Source: Macrostomum hystrix (Eukaryota; Animalia; Platyhelminthes). From it: DNA of 64,000 nt. This document shows, piece after piece, positions 36,718 to 49,860 of this stretch. The notes below the pieces were generated by a model, which saw only the letters and a list, made by a program, of their open reading frames with translations, made no database searches and had not been told where the DNA came from. The stretch is taken from assembly GCA_950097015.1 (NCBI GenBank), contig CATNEN010000033.1, positions 3,906,001-3,970,000 of the forward strand. Reading direction: 5' to 3'. Positions within the stretch are counted from its first letter, which is position 1, and every line of letters starts with the position of its first letter. The translations under genes were made by a program, and so were the position numbers.

Positions 36718-39700
36718 ATGGAAGTCAACAAGACCAGCTTGTTAAACGAGAGGCTGCGTCAACTGCTCCTGCTGTGCGAGTCTGGCAGTGAGGTCAGCAA
36801 TGGAACACTGGCTAACAAGCTGGCCGGTCGAAGTGGTCTGGCCTACATCGCCGGTGAGTTCATTATTCTGACTACGAAGTATTTCGCATCGTTTGCTTCT
36901 CGAAGTCTGTTGTCAGAAGAGGTGTGGCACAATATCTTTTTAAAGTTTATGAGACTAAAAGCGAGTACTAATGAGACTAAAAATAGTGGATATTTTTCTT
37001 CATTCAATAATTTGAAGCTATTACTATATTTATGACTATAACATATAGTGATTACTATAGTACAGTTATAACAAGGCTAGGGGGGTTAGCCTATAGAGGA
37101 TAGAGCACCGGACTCACGAATTTAAGGTCAGGGGTTCGATTATTGACTCTACTATGTCTGAAGCAACAAACACTTAACTCTGTTAACTCAGTTTTGTGTC
37201 TTCAGGTTTTTACTAATTAATATCTATTAAGTGTTTAAATACGAGACATAGAGGTTCATCCTTGTCACCAGGGTCTTCGTCAGGAATCGCTGAATATATC
37301 GACGATGCTGGCTCGAACGGCTTTGAAAGTCAGTTCATTGTAAAGGGCGGACAATCACAATCTAGCCTTGATTCAGATGGTGGACTTTCACGAAAATCGG
37401 TCATTTGGCTTGAGAGCTCTCGTGAAGTACGCAGTGGGTATTTGAAATACCCCCATGTTCTTTCCCCCCCGTTTCGTTTTTAACGATGCCCCTGACTGGT
37501 TGATATGATGATCCTAGCGTGTGAGTTTTCCATCTGCTTCTAAGGCCTGCCCACAGTTGCCAAAGTGGAGGTGTCAGCCTGCCTGTTGCTAGCCGCAGCT
37601 GGCGCCTGTCTCTACGCGAGAAGCCTCAGCGCCATGGTCCGGCGCCGCCTGCCCCACTGTCACGTGACCCTGGCCTCGAGCCTGACCGCCCTGTTCCCGG
37701 TGAGAGCCTTGCTTGCGTTGCAGGGCTTTGCGAAGTAACTGGAGAGACATTCCGACTTCCCCCCACTCCATCAGGTGTGCCAGTGGCTCATCTGCCTGGC
37801 CATTCTAGTGCCAAAGTCGGCTGACTTCATGCACGTTCTCATGGCCACGTGAGTCCTGCGAATTATGGCTTCCCCATCATCACACTTTCCATCATCACAC
37901 CACACTTTCAATCATCACACCACACTTTCCATCATCACACCACACTCTCCATCATCACACCACACTTTCCATCATCACACCACACTTTCCATCATCACAC
38001 CACACTCTCCATCATCACACCACACTTTCCATCATCACACCACACTTTCCATCATCACACCACACTTTCCATCATCACACCACACTTTCCATCATCACAC
38101 CACACTCTCCACACTCCATCATCACACCATCTAGGCAGAGGTTGTAGCCTAGTGGTTAGGGCGTCGGACTCACGACTTGAAGGTCGGGGGTTCGATTCCC
38201 GACTCCACTGGAACAATTTGCGTCCTTTAGCAAGACACTTAACTCTGCATTGCTTCAGTTCACCCAGCTGTTAAATGGGTACCAGCATCAGCTGGGGTAA
38301 TTGAAGGTGGGTGTGGCGTCCCCCCAGTCCGTGGACTGAACAGCTGTACGCAGCCTTCAGATGCGCCGCGCATTAGCTGCGGCTGTTCTGTCGGCTGCAC
38401 ATCTGACCCAATTGGGGCAGGTGTAATCAATTATTATTATTTATTAATTATTAATTAATTTATTATTATTATCATCACACCACACTCTCCATCATCACAC
38501 CACACACTACACCATCACACCACACTCTCCATCATCACACCACACTCTCCATCATCACCCACACTCTCCATCATCACACCACACTCTCCACTCTCCATCA
38601 TCACACCACACTCTCCACTCTCCATCATCACACCACACTCTCCATCATCACCCACACTCTCCATCATCACACCACACTCTCCATCATCACCCACACTCTC
38701 CATCATCACACCACACTCTCCACTCTCCATCATCACACCACACTCTCCATCATCACACCACACTCTCCATCATCACACCACACTCTCCATCATCACACCA
38801 CACTCTCCATCATCACACCACACACTCCATCATCACCCACACTCTCCATCATCACACCACACACTCCATCATCACACCACACTCTCCATCATCACACCAC
38901 ACTCTCCATCATCACCCACACTCTCCATCATCACACCACACTCTCCATCATCACACCACACTCTCCATCATCACACCACACACTCCATCATCACCCACAC
39001 TCTCCATCATCACCCACACTCTCCATCATCACCCACACTCTCCATCATCACACCACACTCTCCACTCTCCATCATCACACCACACTCTCCACTCTCCATC
39101 ATCACACCACACTCTCCACTCTCCATCATCACACCACACTCTCCACTCTCCATCATCACACCACACTCTCCATCATCACACCACACACTCCATCATCACC
39201 CACACTCTCCATCATCACACCACACACTCCATCATCACACCACACTCTCCATCATCACACCACACTCTCCATCATCACCCACACTCTCCATCATCACACC
39301 ACACTCTCCATCATCACACCACACTCTCCATCATCACACCACACACTCCATCATCACCCACACTCTCCATCATCACCCACACTCTCCATCATCACCCACA
39401 CTCTCCATCATCACACCACACTCTCCATCATCAAACCACACTTTCCATCATCACACCACACTCTCCACTCTCCATCATCACACCACACTCTCCACTCTCC
39501 ATCATCACACCACACACTCCATCATCACCCACACTCTCCATCATCACACCACACTCTCCATCATCACACCACACTCTCCATCATCACACCACACACTCCA
39601 TCATCACCCACACTCTCCATCATCACCCACACTCTCCATCATCACCCACACTCTCCATCATCACACCACACTCTCCATCATCAAACCACACTTTCCATCA

Positions 39701-41361
39701 TCACACCACACTCTCCACTCTCCATCATCACACCACACTCTCCACTCTCCATCATCACACCACACTCTCCACTCTCCATCATCACACCACACTCTCCACT
39801 CTCCATCATCACACCACACTCTCCACTCTCCATCATCACACCACACACTCCATCATCACCCACACTCTCCATCATCACCCACACTCTGCATCATCACCCA
39901 CACTCTGCATCATCACCCACACTCTCCATCATCACCCACACTCTCCATCATCACCCACACTCTTAAAACTTCATCATCACACCCCACCAGCTACGCCATG
40001 ATGGCATTCAACAGTCTGGTCGGCCTGCTGTCTTTCGAATTCGGTGCCGTCCGCTTCATCCTTGGTCGTCGGTGCGTCCTCACGCAGACGGAGGCCGAAT
40101 GCGAGGTTGGCGGCCGCGTCACCGTGGTCAGGACCAAGCCGCTTTGGACACGGTACGGCTTTCCTCCGTTCTGGCCCCTCTTTCCCTTCTTAGAGGCCAG
40201 CGGAATCGGCAGCCTTGCCTGATCACTGGCTGTGTGCCAACTCTCGACAAATGATGAGTCAAGGTCCCTAGGCGTAACTTAAATTTCTATCACGCTCGTA
40301 GATTATAACTTCTCTCTTCCTGCCCTTGTCACTTTTCTTCTCTCCCCCTCTGATTTTCCCTGCGCCATTTGGCAGCCTCACGGCCCTGCTGCTCGCCAAG
40401 CAACGCACTGTTCAGTAAGCATCTCACGAATGCTCCGCCATGTCACTTCCAGCTTCCAGCTGTTGATGGTCCGGGCTCTGGTCCGTCAGGGCCAGCTGCT
40501 GCACTGCCTCAACTTGGCGCTGACGGCCGCCATCCAGCTCGACAGCGCCGATGGTCGGACGCAGCTTCAGGCAGAATGGCCGCCTCAGCCGCTGGCTGTC
40601 GACTGGGTGGCCTGGCTTCGCGGTCTCGCCGGTGTCTCTCGCCTGGCCAGCAGCCTGGCCGCCGTCGCCTTCGTCTGTCGGTGCAGCCGACGCCCGGCCG
40701 CCGCCGACAACCCACAGCCGCCGCTGATTGCCAACTACCGTCTAGGGGCGAAGTTCTCCGCCCTGGCGGTGGCCAACGCGGCGCAGATGGCGCTGCAGAG
40801 CGCGGCGCTGTTCGCCGACTGCTCAGCGGGTGGCGGCGCCGATGCGGCCGCTGACTATTGCTGCGACTCGGCGAGTGGGTTGGCGAGGATTTCTGCTAGT
40901 CTAATTCCTGCGTTTTTCGCAAAGCAATTTGTGATTCCAACATCCTTCCCTTTGCACTTTGATCCCATTTCCTTGTCCTCCTTGAACACGAGTCCCAATT
41001 ATTCAACAGCTCAACCCTGCCCGCAGTGCACGCTCAGTTCGCACTGCAGCTGCTGCTGACGGTCCTGCAGGGCCTGTCGCTGTTCCTGTTTCACCGGTCT
41101 CCTCCTCCGTCGTCTCTACCGCCTTCGTTCGCCTCCACCGTCAGTGCCTGCCGATCCAAGCCGCAGCGCTCGCTGAGCCCGTCGGAGCAGCGCGGGCTTC
41201 GAGGATCTCGTTCGCCATCGGCCACGGCCGAGCTCGGCGTCGACGACTCCGTGCCAGCTGACGCCGCCGCCTGTGGAGCCTGCCGGCGACACCGGACGGA
41301 GTCCACGGACGAGCTGTCCCGCGATGTGAGCTCCGCCACCACGCGGGCATTTGGCTATTGA
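36718..41361 (+). CDS. Organic solute transporter alpha-like (SLC51A/TMEM184, Solute_trans_a family) membrane protein
   Basis: Seven exons with consistent phases: 36718-36853, 37545-37699, 37775-37848, 39991-40152, 40376-40414, 40453-40874 and 41027-41361. Motifs CLAILVPKS (cf. CFGLWIPRS), LGAKF (cf. MGAKF) and the final TM followed by FHR (cf. MYYR) match OST-alpha. Confidence 0.7.
37081..37190 (+). mobile_element. Degenerate 5' fragment of the tRNA-derived SINE
   Basis: TTAGCCTA...GGACTCACGA...AGGTCAGGGGTTCGATT followed by ACACTTAACTCTG. Confidence 0.6.
37875..39980. repeat. ~20-bp minisatellite (CACACTCTCCATCATCACAC, with 19- and 26-bp variants) filling OST-alpha-like intron 3, interrupted by a SINE
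   Basis: Tandem copies on both sides of the SINE at 38134-38470. Confidence 0.96.
38134..38470 (+). mobile_element. Full-length tRNA-derived CORE-like SINE with (ATT)n tail
   Basis: A-box TAGCCTAGTGG, B-box GGTTCGATTCC, CORE-like GTCCTTTAGCAAGACACTTAACTCTG...TCAGTTCACCCAGCTGTTAAATGGG and an ATT-rich tail; possible TSD ATCATCACACCA (ambiguous inside a repeat). Confidence 0.9.
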
Positions 41362-42334
41362 ATTTATTTCGGACGGCGCTTTCTCATACTGGCTACTGTG
41401 AGTAGAGTTTCTCGGGCTTGAATAGGATTTGGTTTTGGTGATATGCCAAGCCAAAGCGGCGAAGTCCGGTCTACAAATGTATCATTTTCTGTGCATTTTT
41501 ACCTTTGTTACTATCCCTATCAGTCGTGGCTTTGTTCGTATTCGCTTCATTCATAGCCAAATTCAAGGGCCGAATTTTTGTTTCACGCTTTTTCGTTAAA
41601 TAATGATTTAGTTTGAAATCTGCTGTGCGTACTACTGTTGTTAGTAGAAAAGTTGTAATTTTGTCCGTTTTAGTCCTATTGTTGATTTTTTTTAGTTTTG
41701 AAAAAAATAATAAGACATTTTCGTTACTTCAGAATGCCTTTAATCAGAAAAAACTAAAAAACAAAAGGAAGTATTTGTCGCTTGTTTTAAATAATTCGAT
41801 GGTGATTCTTACGTGTTCAAATCTAGATCAGTCTAGAAATAATTTCATGCCTGACTACTTGTGCAGTAGTGTACAGTGCGCATCAGCTGATGTCCGTTGG
41901 CAACTCTTATTAGACTAGTGTGCCACGCCCCGTTCGAGAGTCACGCTTTCTCTCAATTCACAGATTTTATGACTTTTTCGCCTCAGTTCCTTTCCTCCTT
42001 CTTTTCCCCTTTATCCCCCGCGATCCGTCCATGGCCACTTGGTCTTTCCCGGATGTGAAACGTCAAGAAACGTTCTTTTGTAATTATTGAAATGCAACCT
42101 GCTGCTGCTGCTGCTCGTGCTGAATTTGAGCAGGGGGTGAGTCCAGCCTTGCGCTCTCTCTTTTTATCTGACTTTTTTCTGGCAGCGCAATCAGTTAGTC
42201 AAAAGGGAGGCAGATTTTAAGGGCAAAGCAAGAAAGCAGGAATATTGGGCGCGCTGTTCCTGTGAGCAGTGCTCAGAGCTCAACCTGGTCTAAAGGCTAA
42301 TTATTCTGCTGTAAAGTCCCCTTGTGAGTCAGCG

Positions 42335-42485
42335 GACTTACTTACTTACGTACTTACTTATATGCTTACTTACTTAGTTACTTACTTGATTGCTTACTTA
42401 CTTGCTTACTTACTTATTTGCATACTTACTTGCTTACTTACTTACTTACTTACTTACTTATATGCATACTTACTACTAACCAATG
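42335..42485. repeat. (CTTA)n degenerate microsatellite
   Basis: Visible tetranucleotide repeat. Confidence 0.9.
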
Positions 42486-42794
42486 TACTACTTACTTTCT
42501 TTCTTCTTAAATGCTCCCAATACAAAAGACAATACTCTTAGACAGTAGGCACAGCTTTATCTGTTGAGAGCGTGACTTTTTGAAAAGACTGAAAATCTCA
42601 CGAGTGAGAATAACAGGGAATATTGTGCGAAATTCTCCGTTCCAGTATCCCTAATGTCGCCGCCCTGTTTTATCATCCCATTGCAGCACCTCTCAGCGGG
42701 GAGTCTCCGTGTTATTGGATTCCGTGCGTCGTGACTTGTTGCTTATTTTGGCTTTTGCCGACATTTTAATCACGTATGCGGCAGTAAAATTTTT

Positions 42795-43842
42795 ACCTGT
42801 CTTGTCCCCATTCTCTCCCTGTCTCGTCTCCTTTCTCTCCCTGTCTTGTCCCCATTCTCTCCCTGTCTCGTCTCCTTTCTCTCCCTGTCTTGTCCCCATT
42901 CTCTCCCTGTCTTGTCCCCATTCTCTCCCTGTCTTGTCCCCATTCTCTCCCTGTCTTGTCTCCATTCTCTCCCTGTCTTGTCCCCATTCTCTCCCTGTCT
43001 TGTCTCCTTTCTCTCCCTGTCTTGTCCCCATTCTCTCCGTCTTGTCTCCTTTCTCTCCCTGTCTTGTCCCCATTCTCTCCCTGTCTCGTCTCCTTTCTCT
43101 CCCTGTCTTGTCCCCATTCTCTCCCTGTCTTGTCCCCATTCTCTACCTGTCTTGTCTCCTTTCTCTCCCTGTCTTGTCCCCATTCTCTCCGTCTTGTCTC
43201 CTTTCTCTCCCTGTCTTGTCCCCATTCTCTCCCTGTCTTGTCTCCATTCTCTCCTTGTCTCGTCTCCTTTCTCTCCCTGTCTCGTCTCCTTTCTCTCCCT
43301 GTCTTGTCCCCATTCTTCCCTGTCTTGTATCCATTCTCTCCCTGTCTTGTCCCCATTCTCTCCCTGTCTCGTCTCCTTTCTCTCCCTGTCTTGTCTCCTT
43401 TCTCTCCCTGTCTTGTCCCCATTCTCTCCGTCTTGTCTCCTTTCTCTCCCTGTCTTGTCCCCATTCTCTCCGTCTCGTCTCCTTTCTCTCCCTGTCTCGT
43501 CTCCTTTCTCTCCCTGTCTCGTCTCCTTTCTCTCCCTGTCTTGTCTCCATTCTCTCCCTGTCTTGTCTACTTTCTCTCCCTGTCTTGTCTCCATTCTCTC
43601 CCTGTCTTGTCTCCATTCTCTCCCCGTCTTGTCTCCTTTCTCTCCCCGTCTTGTCTCCTTTCTCTCCCTGTCTTGTCTCCTTTCTCTCCTTGTCTTGTCT
43701 CCTTTCTCTCCCTGTCTTGTCTCCTTTCTCTCCCTGTCTTGTCTCCTTTCTCTCCCTGTCTTGTCTCCTTTCTCTCCCTGTCTCGTCTCCTTTCTCTCCC
43801 TGTCTTGTCTCCTTTCTCTCCCTGTCTGGTCTCCATTCTCTC
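42795..43842. repeat. ~22-bp pyrimidine-rich minisatellite (CTGTCTTGTCCCCATTCTCTCC)
   Basis: About 48 copies with CCAT/CTTT variants. Confidence 0.96.
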
Positions 43843-44352
43843 ACGTAATAAAATCATGCATATACATTTAAATAGGATACAATATCCTCTAATAGCTAAC
43901 TCGATCAATTCGGCAGGGAGTTTGGATGTCAGCTCCATGTGGCTGACTGACAGGGAGTGTGTGACGCCCAGACAGTTGCTTATCTATGGTCAACTGTTGT
44001 TTCACTATGCGAAATGGGAGCAAAGTAAACCACATTTTCTCCCAACGCATTGCCACATGGACCCAATTTTTAGTCCTCCCATAGCAGACCAATTTGTTGA
44101 ACAATGTTTTAGCTTCCGACTAAAAACTGGATGCTTTGAATCTGTTTGTTAACATTTTCTGCTGCGCACATCATACACAGTGCGCGGCACCTGTGTTGCC
44201 TCTCCAATCTGTATATTTAATCTCGCCCGTGTGCCCGAAGCTGTTGTTGGCTCCTCCATGTGTGACACTGGCATCAGCGCTGCTGGAACTGGCTGGGAAT
44301 CTAAATAAATCAATCCACAATCCACAATCAACAATCCACAATCCAAAATTTG

Positions 44353-45135
44353 TCTATCCACTATCCATCTATCCACTATCCATCTATCCACTATCCATCT
44401 ATCCACTATCCATCTATCCACTATCCATCTATCCACTATCCATCTATCCACTATCCATCTATCCACTATCCATCTATCCACTATCCATCTATCCACTATC
44501 CATCTATCCACTATCCATCTATCCACTATCCATCTATCCACTATCCATCTATCCACTATCCATCTATCCACTATCCATCTATCCACTATCCATCTATCCA
44601 CTATCCATCTATCCACTATCCATCTATCCACTATCCATCTATCCACTATCCATCTATCCACTATCCATCTATCCACTATCCATCTATCCACTATCCATCT
44701 ATCCACTATCCATCTATCCACTATCCATCTATCCACTATCCATCTATCCACTATCCATCTATCCACTATCCATCTATCCACTATCCATCTATCCACTATC
44801 CATCTATCCACTATCCATCTATCCACTATCCATCTATCCACTATCCATCTATCCACTATCCATCTATCCACTATCCATCTATCCACTATCCATCTATCCA
44901 CTATCCATCTATCCACTATCCATCTATCCACTATCCATCTATCCACTATCCATCTATCCACTATCCATCTATCCACTATCCATCTATCCACTATCCATCT
45001 ATCCACTATCCATCTATCCACTATCCATCTATCCACTATCCATCTATCCACTATCCATCTATCCACTATCCATCTATCCACTATCCATCTATCCACTATC
45101 CATCTATCCACTATCCATCTATCCACTATCCATCC
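44353..45135. repeat. Perfect 15-bp minisatellite (CTATCCACTATCCAT), ~52 copies
   Basis: No variant units seen within the array body. Confidence 0.98.
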
Positions 45136-45819
45136 ACTATTCTGGTATAACGCTTGCTGGACAGTTAGAATAAAAAGAAAAATAGAATGAAAAAAGAGTT
45201 CATCTATCCACTATCCATCTATTCATCTATCCATCTAACTGTCCAGCAAGCGTCCATTGGCCCGCAGACTCGCATCCACATATGTTGGTGGACAAAAAAG
45301 TTTTCTATCCTTGGCCAGCGGGACAATGACCCTTGTGTGACGTAATCATCCGCTCTTGTCAGCGCTCGCACTTCATTCCGAGCTGCCGCAAGCTCAGAAT
45401 GTTTATTTGTTTGCTTTTTTGACTGCATAAAATCGAATCCTTCCCCATTGCAGACTTGGGAGAAATATCCCCAGCCGAGCGGCTCTGTTTATTATGATGC
45501 ATCCACTAGCAGGGCGCAGCTTCTCGGATGTCGAAAGGGTCCCGCCCGGCCTCGGGGTCGGACATGTCAATCAGTTGACTGCCGGGGCAGGGCGCGACCG
45601 CGGGTAAACACAGCCGCGCTGCGAGTGACGCGAATCGCTGCAGCAGAAAAAGAGTCAAATCTTGTGTGCCACTTGGGGCGAATGCGTGGGCAGCCTCGAG
45701 TGTTCGCATATGCGACTGAACAACTGGACATTGGCTAAGGTGTGGAAACAATTGACTTCAAAGCTTGAAGGTGAAGTGTTCCTCCCACATTGATTGCGAT
45801 GGCTAAACTAAATTGCCGT

Positions 45820-46525
45820 TTCCTTCGATTCCCTCTTCCCCCCCCCCTACATCAATTCCCCCTTCCCTTCCTCCTTTGATTCTCCCCTTCCCCTTTTCCT
45901 TCGATTCTCCCATTCCCCTTCCTCCTTCAATTCTCCCCTTCCCCTTTTCCTTTGATTCTCCCCTTCCCTTTTTCCTTCGATACTCACCTTCCCCTTCTCC
46001 TTCGATTCTCCCCTTCCCTTTTTCCTTCGATTCTCACCTTCCCTCTTTCCTTCGATTCTCCCCCTCACCTTCTCCTTCAATTCTCCCCTTCCCCTTCTCC
46101 TTCGATTCTCCCCTTCCCTTCCTCCTTCGATTCTCCCCTTCCCCTTTTCCTTTGATTCACCCCTTCCCCTTCTCCTTCGATTCTCCCCTTCCCCTTCTCC
46201 TTCGATTCTCCCCTTCCCTTTTTCCTTCGATTCTCCCCCTCACCTTCTCCTTTGATTCACCCCTTCCCCTTCTCCTTCGATTCTCCCCTTCCCCTTCTCC
46301 TTCGATTCTCCCCTTCCCTTTTTCCTTCGATTCTCCCCCCTCACCTTCTCCTTTGATTCACCCCTTCCCCTTCTCCTTCGATTCTCCCCTTCCCCTTCTC
46401 CTTCGATTCTCCCCTTCCCTTTTTCCTTCGATTCTCCCCCTCACCTTCTCCTTCGATTTTCCCCATTCCCTTCCCCCTCGATTCTTCTTCCCCTCCTCCT
46501 TCGATTCTCCCTTTCCCCTCCTCCT
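45820..46525. repeat. Polypyrimidine minisatellite (CCTTCGATTCTCCCCTTCCCCTT family)
   Basis: Tandem degenerate units. Confidence 0.9.
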
Positions 46526-47257
46526 TTGATGGAACGCCGCATTGTACAATATGAAATGACGTCACAATTTGCCACAAGCCACGCAAAGAAGAATTTACGT
46601 TAGCGAACCGGCAGCAATCATGCAAAGCAACACTTTCAGCAATAATTCTAGGCGCCTTGTATTCATGCGGCCTAGCAACCAGGTCGGGCCATTGTGAGCC
46701 GTGTTCTGAGCGATCTCATCAGCCAATTTGTTAATTCAAGTTGGCGCCAACTGTGCCGCTGTATTAACTCCACAGCGTGGTACCGTCGCTTGAGTCCATG
46801 GGGGGGCGTCGGACTCGAGTGCCGGCCACCACCGCCTCAGCTGACCATCCCAGCGAGCTGGAACCGTTAGGCTTCAAGTGGCCCCCGCTTCGCTGATCTT
46901 GAAGCAAGCTGAGTGGAAAAGTGAGCCACCAATGAATTCCAGAGCAGTGCGGCTTGGTGCTTGGCGCCAGTGTGCTCATATCTTGAGCAGTTGTGAAGCC
47001 TAGACTGGTTATGCGACCCACTTCAATTTGTTTCTGGGCCATTGCCTCTGCTGCATGAAGCGCTAATTGCTGCTGCTGCTGCTGCTGTGGCACTGCCTGT
47101 CTGGGCTTGTCTGCATTCATTGCATTTCTAGGGCTCTGTGACAAACTATTCTCGCTTGTTAGCGCTGCACCTGATGGCAATAAAAATATCATATTCGACA
47201 ATGAAGTCTTAAGCACTGCTCCATATTACGTTTAATATGGTCTATCTTTAGCACACG

Positions 47258-47880
47258 ATTCTTCCCTTCCCATCCATTCTCCCCTTCCCTTCCATTCTAC
47301 CCTTCCCTTCCATTCTACCCTTCCCTTCCATTCTCCCCTTCCCATCCATTCTCCCCTTCCCTTCCATTCTCCCCTTCCCTTCCATTCTCCCCTTCCCTTC
47401 CATTCTACCCTTCCCTTCCATTCTCCCCTTCCCTTCCATTCTCCCCTTCCCTTCCATTCTCCCCTTCCCTTCCATTCTACCCTTCCCTTCCATTCTCCCC
47501 TTCCCTTCCATTCTACCCTTCCCTTCCATTCTCCCCTTCCCTTCCATTCTACCCTTCCCTTCCATTCTCCCCTTCCCTTCCATTCTCCCCTTCCCTTCCA
47601 TTCTCCCCTTCCCTTCCATTCTTCCCTTCCCTTCCATTCTCCCCTTCCCTTCCATTCTCCCCTTCCCTTCCATTCTTCCCTTCCCTTCCATTCTCCCCTT
47701 CCCTTCCATTCTCCCCTTCCCTTCCATTCTCCCCTTCCCTTTCATTCTACCCTTCCCCTCCATTCTCCCCTTCTCTCAATACTCCCCTTCCCCTCCATTC
47801 TCTCCTTCCCTTCTATTCTCTCCATCCTTGCCATTATCCCCTTTCCACTCCATTCTCCCTTTCCCATTCATCTCCCATTC
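47258..47880. repeat. 18-bp polypyrimidine minisatellite (CCCTTCCCTTCCATTCTC)
   Basis: 6-aa periodicity (MEGKGR) on the minus strand. Confidence 0.95.
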
Positions 47881-48782
47881 CCCTATTTAGTTCAGCAAAG
47901 CGAAGCTCACTTTCTCTCTATTTGTCAGTAGAAAACTTTGGCATTTAAATAAGTGCCAATGTGTTGCATGGACACTGTTAGCCCGGATTTTTTGTCCAAA
48001 TGAAATCCCATGCGGCCAGATTGAATTTCACCTTGCCAAATCAGGTTAGCTTTGTAAGACCTTCGATTAAGTCCAGCTCGTTATGAAGAGAAACTTGGCA
48101 AAGATGAAGGCAGCAAAGCCTGCGACTGAAGATGCGGCGGGCGTGGGGGTGATGCCGCATCTCAAACAATGTTTGCCATGACTGTAATTGATTCCAGCTG
48201 ATAAAAACTCCCCGGAACCTGCCACTGCCTCCCCTACCGCTTGGTGCCATCGCTTCCCATCTCCCCTTCTCTTGGCGGACAATCCTTATCCCAGGCCCGA
48301 CCGTTTGATTGACGCGTTCAATCCCTGGCAAACTGGAGGCTGCGTCAGTTGCAGGAATTGGCCGCTTCAGCCGTGCCCGCCCACCCCCTCCGCGAGTGTA
48401 GTGTTGCCCGAATGGCTGCGCTGAAAGCATCTGTCAGGAGGGCAGTCTGTCGCTTTAACGAGGCTGATCGGCCTTCCATTTTTCTTCCGCAGCAGAAATT
48501 GCTTAACTGCCGCATTCCTGGACCTGTTGGGAGTTTCTTGGGATTTTTCTATCCGCCCAGATCCCATTGCTTTCTTTGCCCTGCATGCATGATGGTTTCT
48601 GTGCCGCTGCCTCGGTCGGGACCGACACCCGCTGTGCTACAGCTCCCGGCCGGGGATCTTAGTCGCCTGGCCAGAACCCCGGCTGTGTTGCTGACCGGCT
48701 GCCAGGATCGGCGGAGGCAGAGAGAATTCAGGGGCTGAATACTCGGTATTAAGTCCGCCGCAGACTTTATCATGAAGTTGTC

Positions 48783-49128
48783 CCTGTCTCATCTCTCCCG
48801 TGTCTCATCTCTCCCGTGTCTCATCTCTCCCGTGTCTCATCTCTCCCGTGTCTCATCTCTCCCGTGTCTCATCTCTCCCGTGTCTCATCTCTCCCGTGTC
48901 TCATCTCTCCCGTGTCTCATCTCTCCCGTGTCTCATCTCTCCTGTGTCTCATCTCTCCGTGTCTCATCTCTCCCGTGTCTCATCTCTCCTGTGTCTCATC
49001 TCTCCCGTGTCTCATCTCTCCCGTGTCTCATCTCTCCCGTGTCTCATCTCTCCCGTGTCTCATCTCTCCTGTGTCTGAGCTCTCCCGTGTCTTATCTCTC
49101 CTGTGTCTCATCTCTCCCGTGTCTTAGC
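48783..49128. repeat. 16-bp minisatellite (TCATCTCTCCCGTGTC)
   Basis: About 21 copies. Confidence 0.95.
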
Positions 49129-49733
49129 CTCCTCTCTCGCATGTCTCATTGGAGAGAGGGGTGGTTGGCGATTTGAGAAAGGAGTATTCGAAAAATGCTT
49201 AACGAGGATCGACAATTTAAGAGCTTGCTGTTTTTTAACTAACACGAAATCACTCTACTGTACATATGAGCTGTTCATTTGATTTTTGCCAAGCAATCAT
49301 GTATATTTGCGCATTCTGTAACTAAATAAAAATACGAAAACAAGAGCACATAACTCGAAAATAGTGCAGCCCATCCTTGATGTGAGGTGCGGATGCAAAG
49401 TGTTTCGCAGATTTTACAAGCAATAGGGATACAGGCATGTGTGGCACACGATTTTCGCATGTAAGGCAAGTTAAAGAGAGAAATGTCAATTGGCTTAAGA
49501 AGATGGACTGGCGGCGATTTTTCATTGCAGCATTTATTTGAGTTTTGCATTGTCACTGTTGGAGTACACCTTGCTTGCTCACTAAGCGGAAATGCGGCTT
49601 TAAATTTGATCAGCTGATGTTCTAGTTCAGCACTGACACCGCCTTGCAGAACTGCTATCCGTAAATGGCGGCGGAGAACGGATCGGGAATACCAGGAAAG
49701 TCAGCTGTGGGTCGTCCCGACTCATCAGTTCAG

Positions 49734-49828
49734 TCAAGAGAATGTTGGGAACAGCAACGGCTTGCAGTTGTGCGGCTGCTGCTGCTGATGCAAATGATGG
49801 TGCTGCTGATGCAGCTGATAATGCTGGA

Positions 49829-49860
<32 letters not shown>

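Noticed and set aside
37250-37285. Possible second hammerhead on the minus strand (CTGACGA...GAAC)
   Set aside because: No convincing helix II and the GAAA core is absent.
38134-38210. Possible tRNA gene (Val-CAC-like anticodon loop)
   Set aside because: Acceptor and T stems do not pair, the anticodon differs between copies, and it continues into a SINE body with an ATT tail.
42693-47763. Long repetitive ORFs (e.g. 42709-43848, 44136-45173, 47248-47763)
   Set aside because: They are translations of minisatellites and are open on both strands.
49706-49730. CTGATGAGTC on the minus strand resembling a Schistosoma-type hammerhead
   Set aside because: Followed by GGGACGACC rather than a stem and GAAA; no helix III.
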